Below, piece by piece: positions 24,440 to 33,126 of a DNA stretch of 36,040 nt. Every line of letters starts with the position of its first letter. Positions within the stretch are counted from its first letter, which is position 1. Below the pieces are notes generated by a model. The model made no database searches and was not told the origin of the DNA. It worked only from the letters and a program-made list of their open reading frames with translations. The position numbers were made by a program, and so were the translations under genes. The stretch covers positions 1 to 36,040 of the forward strand of contig CAZCTZ010000003.1 of NCBI GenBank assembly GCA_964501855.1, written 5' to 3'. This stretch comes from an uncultured Thermotogae bacterium (GTDB lineage Bacteria > Bipolaricaulota > Bipolaricaulia > RBG-16-55-9 > JANLFV01).

Positions 24440-25543
24440 ATGGCCGAGGTAGTGCTGAAAGAGGTGACGAAGAGGTTCGGCGACCTCGTGGCGGTGAACC
24501 GGGTCAACCTCAGGGTCGAAGACGGCGAGTTCGTCGTCCTCGTCGGCCCCTCCGGCTGCGGGAAGACCACCACCCTGCGGATGATCGCCGGCCTGGAGGA
24601 GGTGACCGAGGGCGAGATCTACATCGGCGATCGGCTGGTGAATCACGTCCCGCCGAAGGACCGCGACATCGCCATGGTCTTCCAGAACTACGCGCTCTAC
24701 CCCCACATGAACGTCTACAACAACATGGCCTTCGGCCTTAGGCTGCGCAAGTTCCCCAAGGCCGAGATCGACCGCCGGGTCCGCCAGGCGGCGGAGATGC
24801 TCGGGATCGCGGATAAGCTGAAGAGCAAGCCCAGAGAATTATCAGGCGGCCAGCGCCAGCGGGTCGCGCTCGGCCGGGCGATCGTCCGCAATCCCAAGGT
24901 GTTCTTATTCGATGAGCCACTCTCCAACCTGGATGCCAAGCTGCGGGTTCAGATGCGGGCCGAGCTGCAGGAGCTCCACCAGGAGCTCCGGACCACCACG
25001 GTCTACGTCACCCACGACCAGGTAGAGGCGATGACTCTGGGCCAGCGGGTAGCGGTGATGAAGGACGGGGTGATCCAGCAATACGACAACCCCCAGTATA
25101 TCTACGACCATCCGGCGAACATCTTCGTGGCGGGGTTCATCGGCTCACCGGCGATGAACTTCCTCGAGGTCAAGGTAGCGAGGGAGGACGGCAAGCTCTA
25201 CCTGGTCCGCGAGGGCGGCTTCAAGCTCAAGGTCCCTCAGGAGAAGGCCAAGGCGCTCGAGGGGTATGTCGGCCGGGAGGTGATCTTCGGTATCCGCCCG
25301 GAGAACCTCAAGGCAAAGGAGATGCTCCCGAGCTACGACGAGGAGATGGTAGTGCGGGCGGAGGTGAGGGTGCGCGAGCCGCTGGGAGACGAGCTGATCA
25401 TCCACGCCTGGAACGGCGAGAAGGAGCTGGTGGCGCGGCTCGACCCCCGGGTCCAGGTGGGCCTCCGGGAGGAGATCGAGCTGGTCGCCCAGATGGACCA
25501 GATGCATGCCTTCGACCCGGAGACCGAGGAGGCGATCGTCTAG
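24440..25543 (+). CDS. Sugar-type ABC transporter ATP-binding protein (MalK/UgpC/MsmX family), with no adjacent permease or binding protein
   Basis: It has the Walker A motif GPSGCGKTT, the Q-loop, the signature LSGGQRQRVALGRA and the Walker B motif FLFDEPLSNLD. A C-terminal MalK-like regulatory/OB domain is present. Confidence 0.9.
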   Translation: MAEVVLKEVTKRFGDLVAVNRVNLRVEDGEFVVLVGPSGCGKTTTLRMIAGLEEVTEGEIYIGDRLVNHVPPKDRDIAMVFQNYALYPHMNVYNNMAFGLRLRKFPKAEIDRRVRQAAEMLGIADKLKSKPRELSGGQRQRVALGRAIVRNPKVFLFDEPLSNLDAKLRVQMRAELQELHQELRTTTVYVTHDQVEAMTLGQRVAVMKDGVIQQYDNPQYIYDHPANIFVAGFIGSPAMNFLEVKVAREDGKLYLVREGGFKLKVPQEKAKALEGYVGREVIFGIRPENLKAKEMLPSYDEEMVVRAEVRVREPLGDELIIHAWNGEKELVARLDPRVQVGLREEIELVAQMDQMHAFDPETEEAIV

Positions 25544-25596
25544 CTGGGTGATCGGGCTTCCCTGAGCTCTCGTCTCACGCAGCGCCTCTGATCTAA

Positions 25597-26631
25597 TCAG
25601 TAGAAGATCTTGGCCAGCTCGTACAGCTCGAGGTCGACCTCCTTGATCCGCCCGGCGATCCGCTCCAGCTCCACCGGGACCACCTTATTCCCCTGGAAGG
25701 CGACCATATAGCCGTCCTGCCCCTCATTGAGCAGGTTCACCGCGGCCACGCCCAGCCGGGTGGCCAGCAGCCGATCGAACAGCGTCGGTGAGCCGCCCCG
25801 CTGGAGGTGGCCCAGCACGACGACCCGGGACTCGAAGCCGGTCCGCTCCTCGATCTCCCGGGCGACCGTCGCGCCAATGCCCCGCCGGTCGAGCCGCACG
25901 TGGCCGAAGGCGTCCGCCTCGCCGAGGTCCTCTTCCTCCTTGACCTCGGGGAACCTGGCCCCCTCAGCGACCACGATGATGCTGAACCGCCGCCCGCGGG
26001 CCCACCGGTCCTTCACGTGCCGGCAGATCTCCTCGATAGTGGTCTGGACCTCCGGTATGGCGATGTAGTCTGCTCCACCGGCGAGCCCGCCCACCAGCGC
26101 GACCCAGCCGGTGTAGCGCCCCATCACCTCGACCACCATCGCCCGGTGGTGGGCGCTCGCGGTGGTGTGGAGCTTGTCCAGCGCCTCGACGACCGTGGTC
26201 ACTGCGGTGTCGAACCCGATGCAGTAATCGGTCTCGGGAACGTCGTTGTCCATCGTCTTGGGGATACCGACCACCTTGACCCCCTGCTGGTGGAGCCCGT
26301 GGGCCACGCTCAGGGTGTCGTCCCCGCCGATGGCCACCAGCGCGTCGAGCCCGTAGCTATCGACGTTCTTCAGGCAGCGCTGGAGGTCCTCCTCCCGCTT
26401 GAGCGGGTTGGTCCGCGAGGTGCCGAGGATCGTCCCGCCGACGTGGAGGATCCCCGAGACGGAGTCCACCGTCAGTGGCTCCATATCCCCTTCGAGCAGA
26501 CCGAGCCAGCCGTTCTTGATCCCGACGACCTCCCAGCCGAGCTGGAAGGCCCGCCGGGCCACCGCACGGATCGCCGCGTTGAGCCCCGGGACGTCGCCCC
26601 CGCCAGTGAGCACCCCTATGCGCATCGTCAT
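25597..26631 (-). CDS. Phosphofructokinase, PPi-type signature (GGDDT, PKTMDND)
   Basis: The N-terminus is MRIGVLTGGGDVPGLNAAIRAV. The Asp in GGDDTL and the Lys in IPKTMDND are the residues that usually mark PPi-dependent enzymes. ATG 26631 follows the SD GAGGGAGGG. Confidence 0.85.
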   Translation of the reverse strand: MTMRIGVLTGGGDVPGLNAAIRAVARRAFQLGWEVVGIKNGWLGLLEGDMEPLTVDSVSGILHVGGTILGTSRTNPLKREEDLQRCLKNVDSYGLDALVAIGGDDTLSVAHGLHQQGVKVVGIPKTMDNDVPETDYCIGFDTAVTTVVEALDKLHTTASAHHRAMVVEVMGRYTGWVALVGGLAGGADYIAIPEVQTTIEEICRHVKDRWARGRRFSIIVVAEGARFPEVKEEEDLGEADAFGHVRLDRRGIGATVAREIEERTGFESRVVVLGHLQRGGSPTLFDRLLATRLGVAAVNLLNEGQDGYMVAFQGNKVVPVELERIAGRIKEVDLELYELAKIFY

Positions 26632-26673
26632 TCTGCCCTCCCTCAGCTTGGGTGTAGCTGCCAATCGGGCCAG

Positions 26674-26702
26674 ATTTTACCCTGCCCGGGGCGAGCTGGC
26701 AA
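26674..26702 (-). promoter_or_regulatory. Own promoter of the PPi-type PFK: TTGCCA-17 nt-TAAAAT
   Basis: On the minus strand, -35 is at 26702-26697 and -10 at 26679-26674. It lies in the 144-nt gap between the two PFK genes. Confidence 0.5.
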
Positions 26703-26775
26703 CGCCCTCCTGGACCTGGGCCTCCTCCTGGCTCCACCTCATCTAGGGTAGACTGGGCTGGGCTGGATTGGGAGA

Positions 26776-27753
26776 TTACCTGGACAGGACCATCGCCAGC
26801 TCGTAGAGCTCGAGGTCGAGCTGGCGCCGCCGGGCCGCCACCTCCGCGAGGGGGACGCTCTGGAGCTCGTCCCCGGCCAGCCCGACCATCCTCCCTGACT
26901 CGCCCGCGACTAGCCGCCTTACGGCCTCCGCACCGAGGCGCGAGCCCAAGATCCTATCGAAGGCCGTCGGTGAGCCGCCCCGCTGGAGGTGGCCCAGCAC
27001 GGTCACCCGCACCGTCAGGCCGAGCCGCTCCCGGATGTGAGCCGCCACGACCTGAGCGGCATTGGCGAAGACCCCCTCCGCGACGACGATGATCGCATGG
27101 CGCTTCCCCCGCTGGTAGCCCCGGCGGACCACCTCGACGACCTCCCCCAGGTCGACAGGGACCTCCGGGATGAGGATCGCCTCCGCTCCGCCGGCCAGTC
27201 CGCCCATCAGCGCCAGGTAGCCGGACTCGCGGCCCATCGTCTCCACGACGAAGGCCCGCTCATGGGAGATCGCGGTGTCGCGGATCTTGCGCAGGCATTC
27301 CACTACGGTGTTGAGCGCGGTGTCCACCCCGATGGCGATGCTGGTCCCCCAGATGTCGTTGTCGATCGTGGCCGGGATGCCCATCACCGGGAGGCCCCTC
27401 TCCTGGAGGGCCCAAGCCCCCCGCAGGGAGCCATCCCCGCCGATGACCACCAGCCCATCTAATTTGGCGCGCTCGGCGGTGCGCAGGGCACGCGCTTGGC
27501 CCTCCTCCTGGAGGAACTGCTCGCAGCGGGAGCTCTCCAGGACCGTCCCCCCGCGGTCCATGATCTCGCTCACGTCGGCTATCCCCAAGGGGAGCAGCTC
27601 GCCCTCGATCAGGCCGCAGTAGCCCCGCCTGATCCCGATCACCTCCGCTCCGAGGGCGATCCCCTGGCGGACGACGGCCCGGATCGCCGCGTTCATCCCC
27701 GGGGCATCCCCGCCGCTGGTCAAGAGCCCGATGCGCTTGGTGACCGTGGCCAT
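26776..27753 (-). CDS. pfkA: ATP-dependent 6-phosphofructokinase (GGDGS, PATIDND)
   Basis: It has RIGLLTSGGDAPGMNAAIRAVVR, IGGDGSLRGA and IPATIDNDI. At 325 aa it has the typical PfkA length. Confidence 0.9.
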   Translation of the reverse strand: MATVTKRIGLLTSGGDAPGMNAAIRAVVRQGIALGAEVIGIRRGYCGLIEGELLPLGIADVSEIMDRGGTVLESSRCEQFLQEEGQARALRTAERAKLDGLVVIGGDGSLRGAWALQERGLPVMGIPATIDNDIWGTSIAIGVDTALNTVVECLRKIRDTAISHERAFVVETMGRESGYLALMGGLAGGAEAILIPEVPVDLGEVVEVVRRGYQRGKRHAIIVVAEGVFANAAQVVAAHIRERLGLTVRVTVLGHLQRGGSPTAFDRILGSRLGAEAVRRLVAGESGRMVGLAGDELQSVPLAEVAARRRQLDLELYELAMVLSR

Positions 27754-27841
27754 AGTTTGAGCTTAACTTCTACTGCAAAAATCCGGATCAGATCAAGCTA
27801 GCTCCAGTGCAGGCGATGAGGTGGGACCTCGTCCTCGCGCG

Positions 27842-27850
27842 TGATACAAT
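27842..27850 (+). promoter_or_regulatory. Extended -10 element TGaTACAAT just upstream of the HD gene
   Basis: TG is at 27842-27843 and TACAAT at 27845-27850. The ATG is only 10 nt downstream. There is no good -35. Confidence 0.35.
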
Positions 27851-27860
27851 ATGAACTACA

Positions 27861-29177
27861 ATGGAGGAGGTCATTCGCGATCCGGTCCACAACATGATCC
27901 GGTTCGATAGGGAGCGAGACCGGCTGGTCCTCGAGCTGATCGAGACCCGTGAGGTCCAGCGCCTGCGGAACATCAAGCTCACGGGGGTGAGCTACTTCTC
28001 CTACCCCGGAGCGGAACACACCCGGTTCGCCCACTCGCTCGGGACGGCCTACCTGATGAAGCGGGTGATCGAGCACCTGGAGGCCCTCAGTGGGAGCCGG
28101 AGCGGTGGGCCGCCCTCTGCCAAGGTCATCAGAGAGCTCAGGGCTCACCGCGAGCTGCTCATGGCCACGGCGCTGCTCCATGACCTGGGCCACTTCCCGC
28201 TCTCCCACCTGGTGGAGGAGTTCCTCGGCCAGTCGCACGAGGAGTGGACGGTCAGGATCATCCTCGATGAGCGGACCGAGGTCCACCGGCTCCTGGTCGA
28301 GGCCGATCCGAGCTACCCCGAGAAGATCCGCGCGATCCTCGAGCGGCGCTTCCTGCCGTCCTTCGCGGTCAAGCTGATCTCCTCCCAGCTCGATGTGGAC
28401 CGGATGGACTACCTCCTCCGGGACAGCCTCTACACCGGGGTGCGCTACGGCAACTTCGACCTCGACTGGCTCATCCATAGTCTACGGATCATCGAGGTGG
28501 ACGGCGACTGGGAGCTGGCGCTCGACCGGGCCAAGGGGAGCCGGGTGGCCGAGGAGTATATCCTAGCCCGCTACTACATGTATCAGCAGGTCTACCACCA
28601 CAAGGCGAGCCGCGCCGCGGGGGTGATGCTCCGGGGGATCCTCCAGCGGGCGGCCGAGCTGCTCCGCGCCGGCCAGCGGATCTTCGCCACCGAGCCCCTG
28701 AGGAAGCTCCTTACGGATCATGGGAGCCTCACCGTCGAGGACCACCTCGAGCTGGACGATGTGGTCCTCACTTTCGCCATCAAGATGTGGGAGAAGAGCG
28801 ACGATCCCATCCTGAGCGACCTCTGCCGGCGGCTAGCCCGCGGGCGGATCTTCCGCACTATGGAGCTCGAGCTCAAGGACTACCTGAAGGTGCAGGAGGA
28901 GCTCGATCGGCTGGCGAGGGCCCGGGGGTTCGATCCCAGATACTACCTGGCCCTCGACAGCGCCAGCGACAACCCCTACACCGATACCTACCTGTTCGGT
29001 GAGCAGGTCGGGGAGAACATCTTCCTCGTCGATGAGAAGCTCAACCTGACCGAGCTGTCGGTGGCTTCAGGGCTGATCGCGGCGATCCGGAACCGCGAGA
29101 TCGGAGTGAGCCGCCTGTGCTTCCCCGAGGAGCTGGAGGCGGGGATCACCCGGGTGGTGAGGTCCGCGATTCGCTAG
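27861..29177 (+). CDS. HD-domain phosphohydrolase (SAMHD1/dNTP triphosphohydrolase-like)
   Basis: It has the motifs IRDPVHNMIRF...EVQRLRNIKLTG, EHTRFAHSLG, LLHDLGHFPLSH and DVDRMDYLLRDS. Confidence 0.85.
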   Translation: MEEVIRDPVHNMIRFDRERDRLVLELIETREVQRLRNIKLTGVSYFSYPGAEHTRFAHSLGTAYLMKRVIEHLEALSGSRSGGPPSAKVIRELRAHRELLMATALLHDLGHFPLSHLVEEFLGQSHEEWTVRIILDERTEVHRLLVEADPSYPEKIRAILERRFLPSFAVKLISSQLDVDRMDYLLRDSLYTGVRYGNFDLDWLIHSLRIIEVDGDWELALDRAKGSRVAEEYILARYYMYQQVYHHKASRAAGVMLRGILQRAAELLRAGQRIFATEPLRKLLTDHGSLTVEDHLELDDVVLTFAIKMWEKSDDPILSDLCRRLARGRIFRTMELELKDYLKVQEELDRLARARGFDPRYYLALDSASDNPYTDTYLFGEQVGENIFLVDEKLNLTELSVASGLIAAIRNREIGVSRLCFPEELEAGITRVVRSAIR

Positions 29178-29221
29178 TCGCTAAGCATAAGCAAGCGATT
29201 AATTTAATCAAGCCAAGCCAA

Positions 29222-29707
29222 CTAAGCCGAGCGGGGGGCGGTCTTGGTCTTAGCTTCAGCTTCAGGTCCCCTCAAGAAGGCCTCCGCCCGGCGGAGGAGC
29301 TCCCGGCTGTTCTCGTAGGTGAGCCGCTGGAGGGCTTCCTCATAGCTCAGCCAGGCGAACTCCCGATGCTCCCCTGAGAGCTCGACCTCCCCGCGGTCGG
29401 TCTCCCCCAGGAAGTAGATCACCCGCTTGTGGACCGGCTCGCTATCCGAGCCCGGGGTATCTCCCGCCCGGCTGAAGCTGTATTCGATCAGCCCTTGGAA
29501 GCCCTGGACGAGCCTGACCGCCTCCGCCCCGATCCCGGTCTCCTCCTGGAGCTCGCGGCAGGCCGCACCTCGGAGGTCCTCCTCCCGCTCGATCCGCCCC
29601 TTGGGGAAGTCCCAATGGCCCTCACGATGCCGAAGGAGGAGATACTCCCGCTGGCCACCCCGCCCCACCCGATACAGGATGACCCCGGCGGACCACTCCT
29701 CCTTCAT
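29222..29707 (-). CDS. Nudix hydrolase (Ap4A hydrolase/RppH-like)
   Basis: It has the Nudix box GRIEREEDLRGAACRELQEETGI. It is 161 aa. Confidence 0.85.
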   Translation of the reverse strand: MKEEWSAGVILYRVGRGGQREYLLLRHREGHWDFPKGRIEREEDLRGAACRELQEETGIGAEAVRLVQGFQGLIEYSFSRAGDTPGSDSEPVHKRVIYFLGETDRGEVELSGEHREFAWLSYEEALQRLTYENSRELLRRAEAFLRGPEAEAKTKTAPRSA

Positions 29708-29760
29708 CTTCTTTTTCTTTCTCTTTCTCTTTCTCTTTCTCTTCGCTTCTTACTTTTTCC
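29708..29760. repeat. Polypyrimidine/polypurine tract with hexanucleotide microsatellite (CTTTCT)x4
   Basis: 29717-29740 holds four perfect CTTTCT units inside a 53-nt tract that is almost pure C/T on the plus strand. On the minus strand this reads as AGAAAG repeats directly upstream of the Nudix ATG. Confidence 0.75.
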
Positions 29761-29795
29761 GGTTGCTCGGCCCAGCCTGGCCTGGCCTGCTCGGC

Positions 29796-32700
29796 TCAGT
29801 TGAGGTCCAGCTCGCGCCCGCTGGCGTCGAACAGCTTGAAGCTGAGGCACAGCGCCCGCAGCTCCCGCACCAGCACCTTGAACGACTCGGGGATCCCCGG
29901 CTTGGGGAACTCCTCATCCTTCAGGATCGCCTTGTATAGCTGGATCCGCCCGCGGGTGTCGTCCGACTTCACCGTGAGCATCTCCTGGAGGGTGTAGGCC
30001 GCGCCGTAGGCCTCGAGCGCCCAGACCTCCATCTCGCCGAGCCGCTGGCCGCCGAACTGGGCCTTCCCGCCGAGCGGCTGCTGGGTGATCAGCGAGTAGG
30101 GGCCGGTGGAGCGGGCGTGGAGCTTCTCATCGGCGATGTGCTCCAGCTTCATGATATACATGTAGCCGACGGTGACCGGGTGCTCGAAGGGCTCGCCGGT
30201 CCGCCCATCGCGCAGGATCACCTTGCCGTCGTAGTTGTCGCCGTCGGCGAGGCCGTGCTCCTCGCGCGCCTTCCGCAGCTCGCGCAGGATCTGCTCCTCC
30301 TTGGCGCCGTCGAAGACCGGCGAGATCATGTATTGCCCGGTGAGGTGGGCCAGCCACCCGAGGTGGGTTTCAAACACCTGACCGAGGTTCATCCGCGAGG
30401 GGACGCCCATGGGGTTCAGGATCACATCGAGTGGGGTCCCATCGGGCAGGAAGGGCATGTCCTCCACGGGGAGGATCTTGGCGATCACGCCCTTGTTGCC
30501 GTGGCGCCCGGCGAGCTTGTCGCCCACGGCGATCTTCTTCCGCTGAGCGACGTAGACCTTGACCAGCTCGTTGACCCCCGGCTCCAGCTCATCCCCCTTC
30601 TCGCGGGAGAATTTCTTCACCGCGATCACCTTCCCGCCCTCGATCGTGGGCGGGAGCTTCAGCGAGGTGTTCCGGACGTTGCGGACGCGCTCGCCGAAGA
30701 TCGACCGGAAGATCCGCTCCTCCGGCGTCGGCTCGGACTCGCCCCGCGGGGTGATCTTCCCCACGAGGATGTCGCCGGTGCGGACCTCAGTCCCGACGCG
30801 GACGACGCCGTCCTCATCCAAATTGCGCAGCTCCTCCTTGCTGATGTCGGGGATGTCCGCGGTGATCTCCTCCGGTCCGAGCTTCGTCTCCTCGGCGCGG
30901 ACCTCATACTCCTCGATGTGGATCGAATCCAGGATGCCCTCCCGGACGAGCCGCTCGCTGATCACGATCGCGTCCTCGTAGTTGTAGCCCTCGAACGGGA
31001 GGAAGCCCACCAGGAGGTTCGCGCCGAGGGCGAGCTCGCCGTGGTCGCTCGCCGGCCCGTCGGCGATCACCTGGCCCTTCTTGACCCGGTCGCCCTTGCT
31101 GACGATCGGCCGCTGGTGGATGATCGTGTCCTGGTTGGACCGCTCGAAGCTCACCAGGTGGTAGGTCCTCTTCCGGCCGTCGTGCGAGATGACGATCTTG
31201 TTCTTGTCGACGTATTCGACGAGGCCGTCCTCCTCGGCCACCACCAGGATCCCCGAGTCGCGCGCCGCAGCGGCCTCCATCCCCGTCCCCACGTAGGGCG
31301 CCTGGGTCTTGATGAGCGGGACGGCCTGCCGCTGCATGTTCGCGCCCATGAGCGCCCGGTTGGAGTCGTCGTGCTCCAGGAAGGGTATGAGCGAGGCCGA
31401 GACCCCCACCAGCGCGGTCGGCGAGATGTCCATGAAGTGGACCTCCTCGCGTGGGACGAGCTTGATCTCCTCCTTGCCGGTGCGGATCTCGACCATCTCG
31501 GCCTTGATGTAGCCGTCCTCGTCCAGCTCAGTCGTCGCCGGTGCGATGTTGTAGCGCTCCTCCTCGTCGGCCATCAGGTAGACGATCTCGTCGGTGACCC
31601 GGCCGTTCACCACCTTGCGGTAGGGCGCCTCCAGGAAGCCATACTCGTTGATCCGGGCGTAGGTGGCCATCGAGGTGATCAGCCCGATGTTCTGCCCCTC
31701 GGGGGTCTCGATGGGGCAGATCCGGTTGTAGTGGGAGGGGTGGACGTCGCGCACCTCGATCTTGGCCCGCTTCTTGCTCGGCCCGCTGGTGAGCGCGCTC
31801 AGCCGCCGCTTGTGGGTCAGCTCCGCCAGCGGGTTGATCTGCTCGAGGAACTGGGAGGCCCGTCCGGTGTAGAACAACCGGTTGATCGCCGCTTGGATCG
31901 CCCGAGCGGAGATGAGGCTCCTCAGGGGCTGGTCGGCGTCCTCCTCGGGGTCGTATTTGCTCAGCCGCTCCTGGGTGATCCGCACCATCCGGAGGAGCCC
32001 GGCGCGCAGCTCGTCCCAGACCATCTCGCCGGGGGTCTTGACCCGCTTGTTCGCCAGGTGGTCGATGTCGTCCTCCATCAGGGGGTCGTTGGGGAACTGG
32101 AGGAGCTTCTCCAGGATGAGCGGGATCTCCTCCGGCCGGAGCACGGTGTCGGTTACCCCGTCGATCCCGAGCTTCTTGTTGAGGAGGAACCGTCCGACCC
32201 GCGAGAGGTTGTATCGCTCGGGGTTGAAGTAGAGGTTCCGCAGGAGCTCCTCCGCCTGGGAGCGGTAGACCCGGTCGGTGGCCCGCAGCTTCCGGTAGAT
32301 GAGGAAGAGGGCCTCATCCTGGGTGGTGGTCTTATCCTCCGCGAGGGTCTTCTGGATGTAGGGGTTGAGGAGCCTGATCCGGCCGAGCCCCGCCTTGACG
32401 ATCTCCTCGATCACCTCCTCGGAGAGCTCCTCGCCCTGGTGGAGGAGGAGTCGGGAGTCCTCCACGATGTCCTCCCCCACCCGGTAGCCCACATACTTGA
32501 GGAGCTTCTCCCGGGTGAGCGGGTTCAGGGTGAAGCTGAACCGGGAGATGATCTGGTCGGTGGTCATCCCCAGCGCCCGCAGCAAGGTGGTCGCGGGTAT
32601 GGTCCCCTTCCGGTCGAGGCTCGCCACCACCCGCCCCTTCTCGGTGTTGAGGATGAACTCGAGCCAAGCGCCGTGCTCGGGGCGGACCTGGGCCTGGTAT

Positions 32701-33125
32701 TCGCCGCGGGCCTCCCGGTGGAAGTAGAGCCCCGGCGAGGGCGCGAGGTGGTTGACGAGGACGTTCTCCGAGCCGTTGATGATGAAGGTCCCCCGGGAGG
32801 TCATCAGCGGGATGTCGGCTAGATAAAGGTCGTCCTCCTTGAGGACCTTGCCGCCCTGCTTGAGGATCCCCTTGACCCGCAGCGGCGCGGAGTAGGTCAG
32901 GTTGCGGTCCTTGCAGTCCCGCTCGGTGTTGTGCGGCTTCTCGAACCGGGGCTCGACCAGCTCCAGCGCGAGGTCCCGCCCATCGGCGGTGATCGGCGAG
33001 ATCTCCTCGAAGAGCTGTCGCAGCCCCTCAGTGCAGAACCACTCCCAACTGCGGCGCTGGTTGCCCAGGAGGTAGGGCACCTCCATCGCCGGCTTGACCT
33101 TGCCGTAAGAGCGCCTCTCCCTCAT
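29796..33125 (-). CDS. rpoB: DNA-directed RNA polymerase subunit beta
   Basis: It is 1109 aa and carries conserved beta motifs throughout (GTFIINGSE, RLSALTSGP, NMQRQAVPL, GRHGNKGV, MNLGQVFETHLG, GGQRLGEMEVWALEAYGAA). Confidence 0.97.
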   Translation of the reverse strand: MRERRSYGKVKPAMEVPYLLGNQRRSWEWFCTEGLRQLFEEISPITADGRDLALELVEPRFEKPHNTERDCKDRNLTYSAPLRVKGILKQGGKVLKEDDLYLADIPLMTSRGTFIINGSENVLVNHLAPSPGLYFHREARGEYQAQVRPEHGAWLEFILNTEKGRVVASLDRKGTIPATTLLRALGMTTDQIISRFSFTLNPLTREKLLKYVGYRVGEDIVEDSRLLLHQGEELSEEVIEEIVKAGLGRIRLLNPYIQKTLAEDKTTTQDEALFLIYRKLRATDRVYRSQAEELLRNLYFNPERYNLSRVGRFLLNKKLGIDGVTDTVLRPEEIPLILEKLLQFPNDPLMEDDIDHLANKRVKTPGEMVWDELRAGLLRMVRITQERLSKYDPEEDADQPLRSLISARAIQAAINRLFYTGRASQFLEQINPLAELTHKRRLSALTSGPSKKRAKIEVRDVHPSHYNRICPIETPEGQNIGLITSMATYARINEYGFLEAPYRKVVNGRVTDEIVYLMADEEERYNIAPATTELDEDGYIKAEMVEIRTGKEEIKLVPREEVHFMDISPTALVGVSASLIPFLEHDDSNRALMGANMQRQAVPLIKTQAPYVGTGMEAAAARDSGILVVAEEDGLVEYVDKNKIVISHDGRKRTYHLVSFERSNQDTIIHQRPIVSKGDRVKKGQVIADGPASDHGELALGANLLVGFLPFEGYNYEDAIVISERLVREGILDSIHIEEYEVRAEETKLGPEEITADIPDISKEELRNLDEDGVVRVGTEVRTGDILVGKITPRGESEPTPEERIFRSIFGERVRNVRNTSLKLPPTIEGGKVIAVKKFSREKGDELEPGVNELVKVYVAQRKKIAVGDKLAGRHGNKGVIAKILPVEDMPFLPDGTPLDVILNPMGVPSRMNLGQVFETHLGWLAHLTGQYMISPVFDGAKEEQILRELRKAREEHGLADGDNYDGKVILRDGRTGEPFEHPVTVGYMYIMKLEHIADEKLHARSTGPYSLITQQPLGGKAQFGGQRLGEMEVWALEAYGAAYTLQEMLTVKSDDTRGRIQLYKAILKDEEFPKPGIPESFKVLVRELRALCLSFKLFDASGRELDLN

Positions 33126-33126
33126 C

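Noticed and set aside
27861-29707. The convergent HD (SAMHD1/dGTPase-like) and Nudix genes as a possible nucleotide-depletion antiphage module.
   Set aside because: The genes are convergent rather than co-transcribed. They sit among core genes (PFKs, rpoB), have no mobile-element or defence-island context, and both families have common housekeeping members. Nothing in the sequence supports a defence role.
30117-32822. A 901-aa ORF antisense to rpoB. Similar long antisense ORFs occur at 3337-4776 in pnp, 14645-15727 in rarA, 6089-7096 in the M16 gene, 17906-18724 in acs, and 25807-26751 in the PFK gene.
   Set aside because: The three checked (rpoB, rarA, pnp) are in the codon-aligned antisense frame. 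There, a stop would require the sense codons TTA, CTA or TCA, which are nearly absent in these GC3-rich genes. The translations are low-complexity Arg/Gly/Leu/Asp/His/Pro strings with no motifs. They are a compositional artefact, not overlapping genes.
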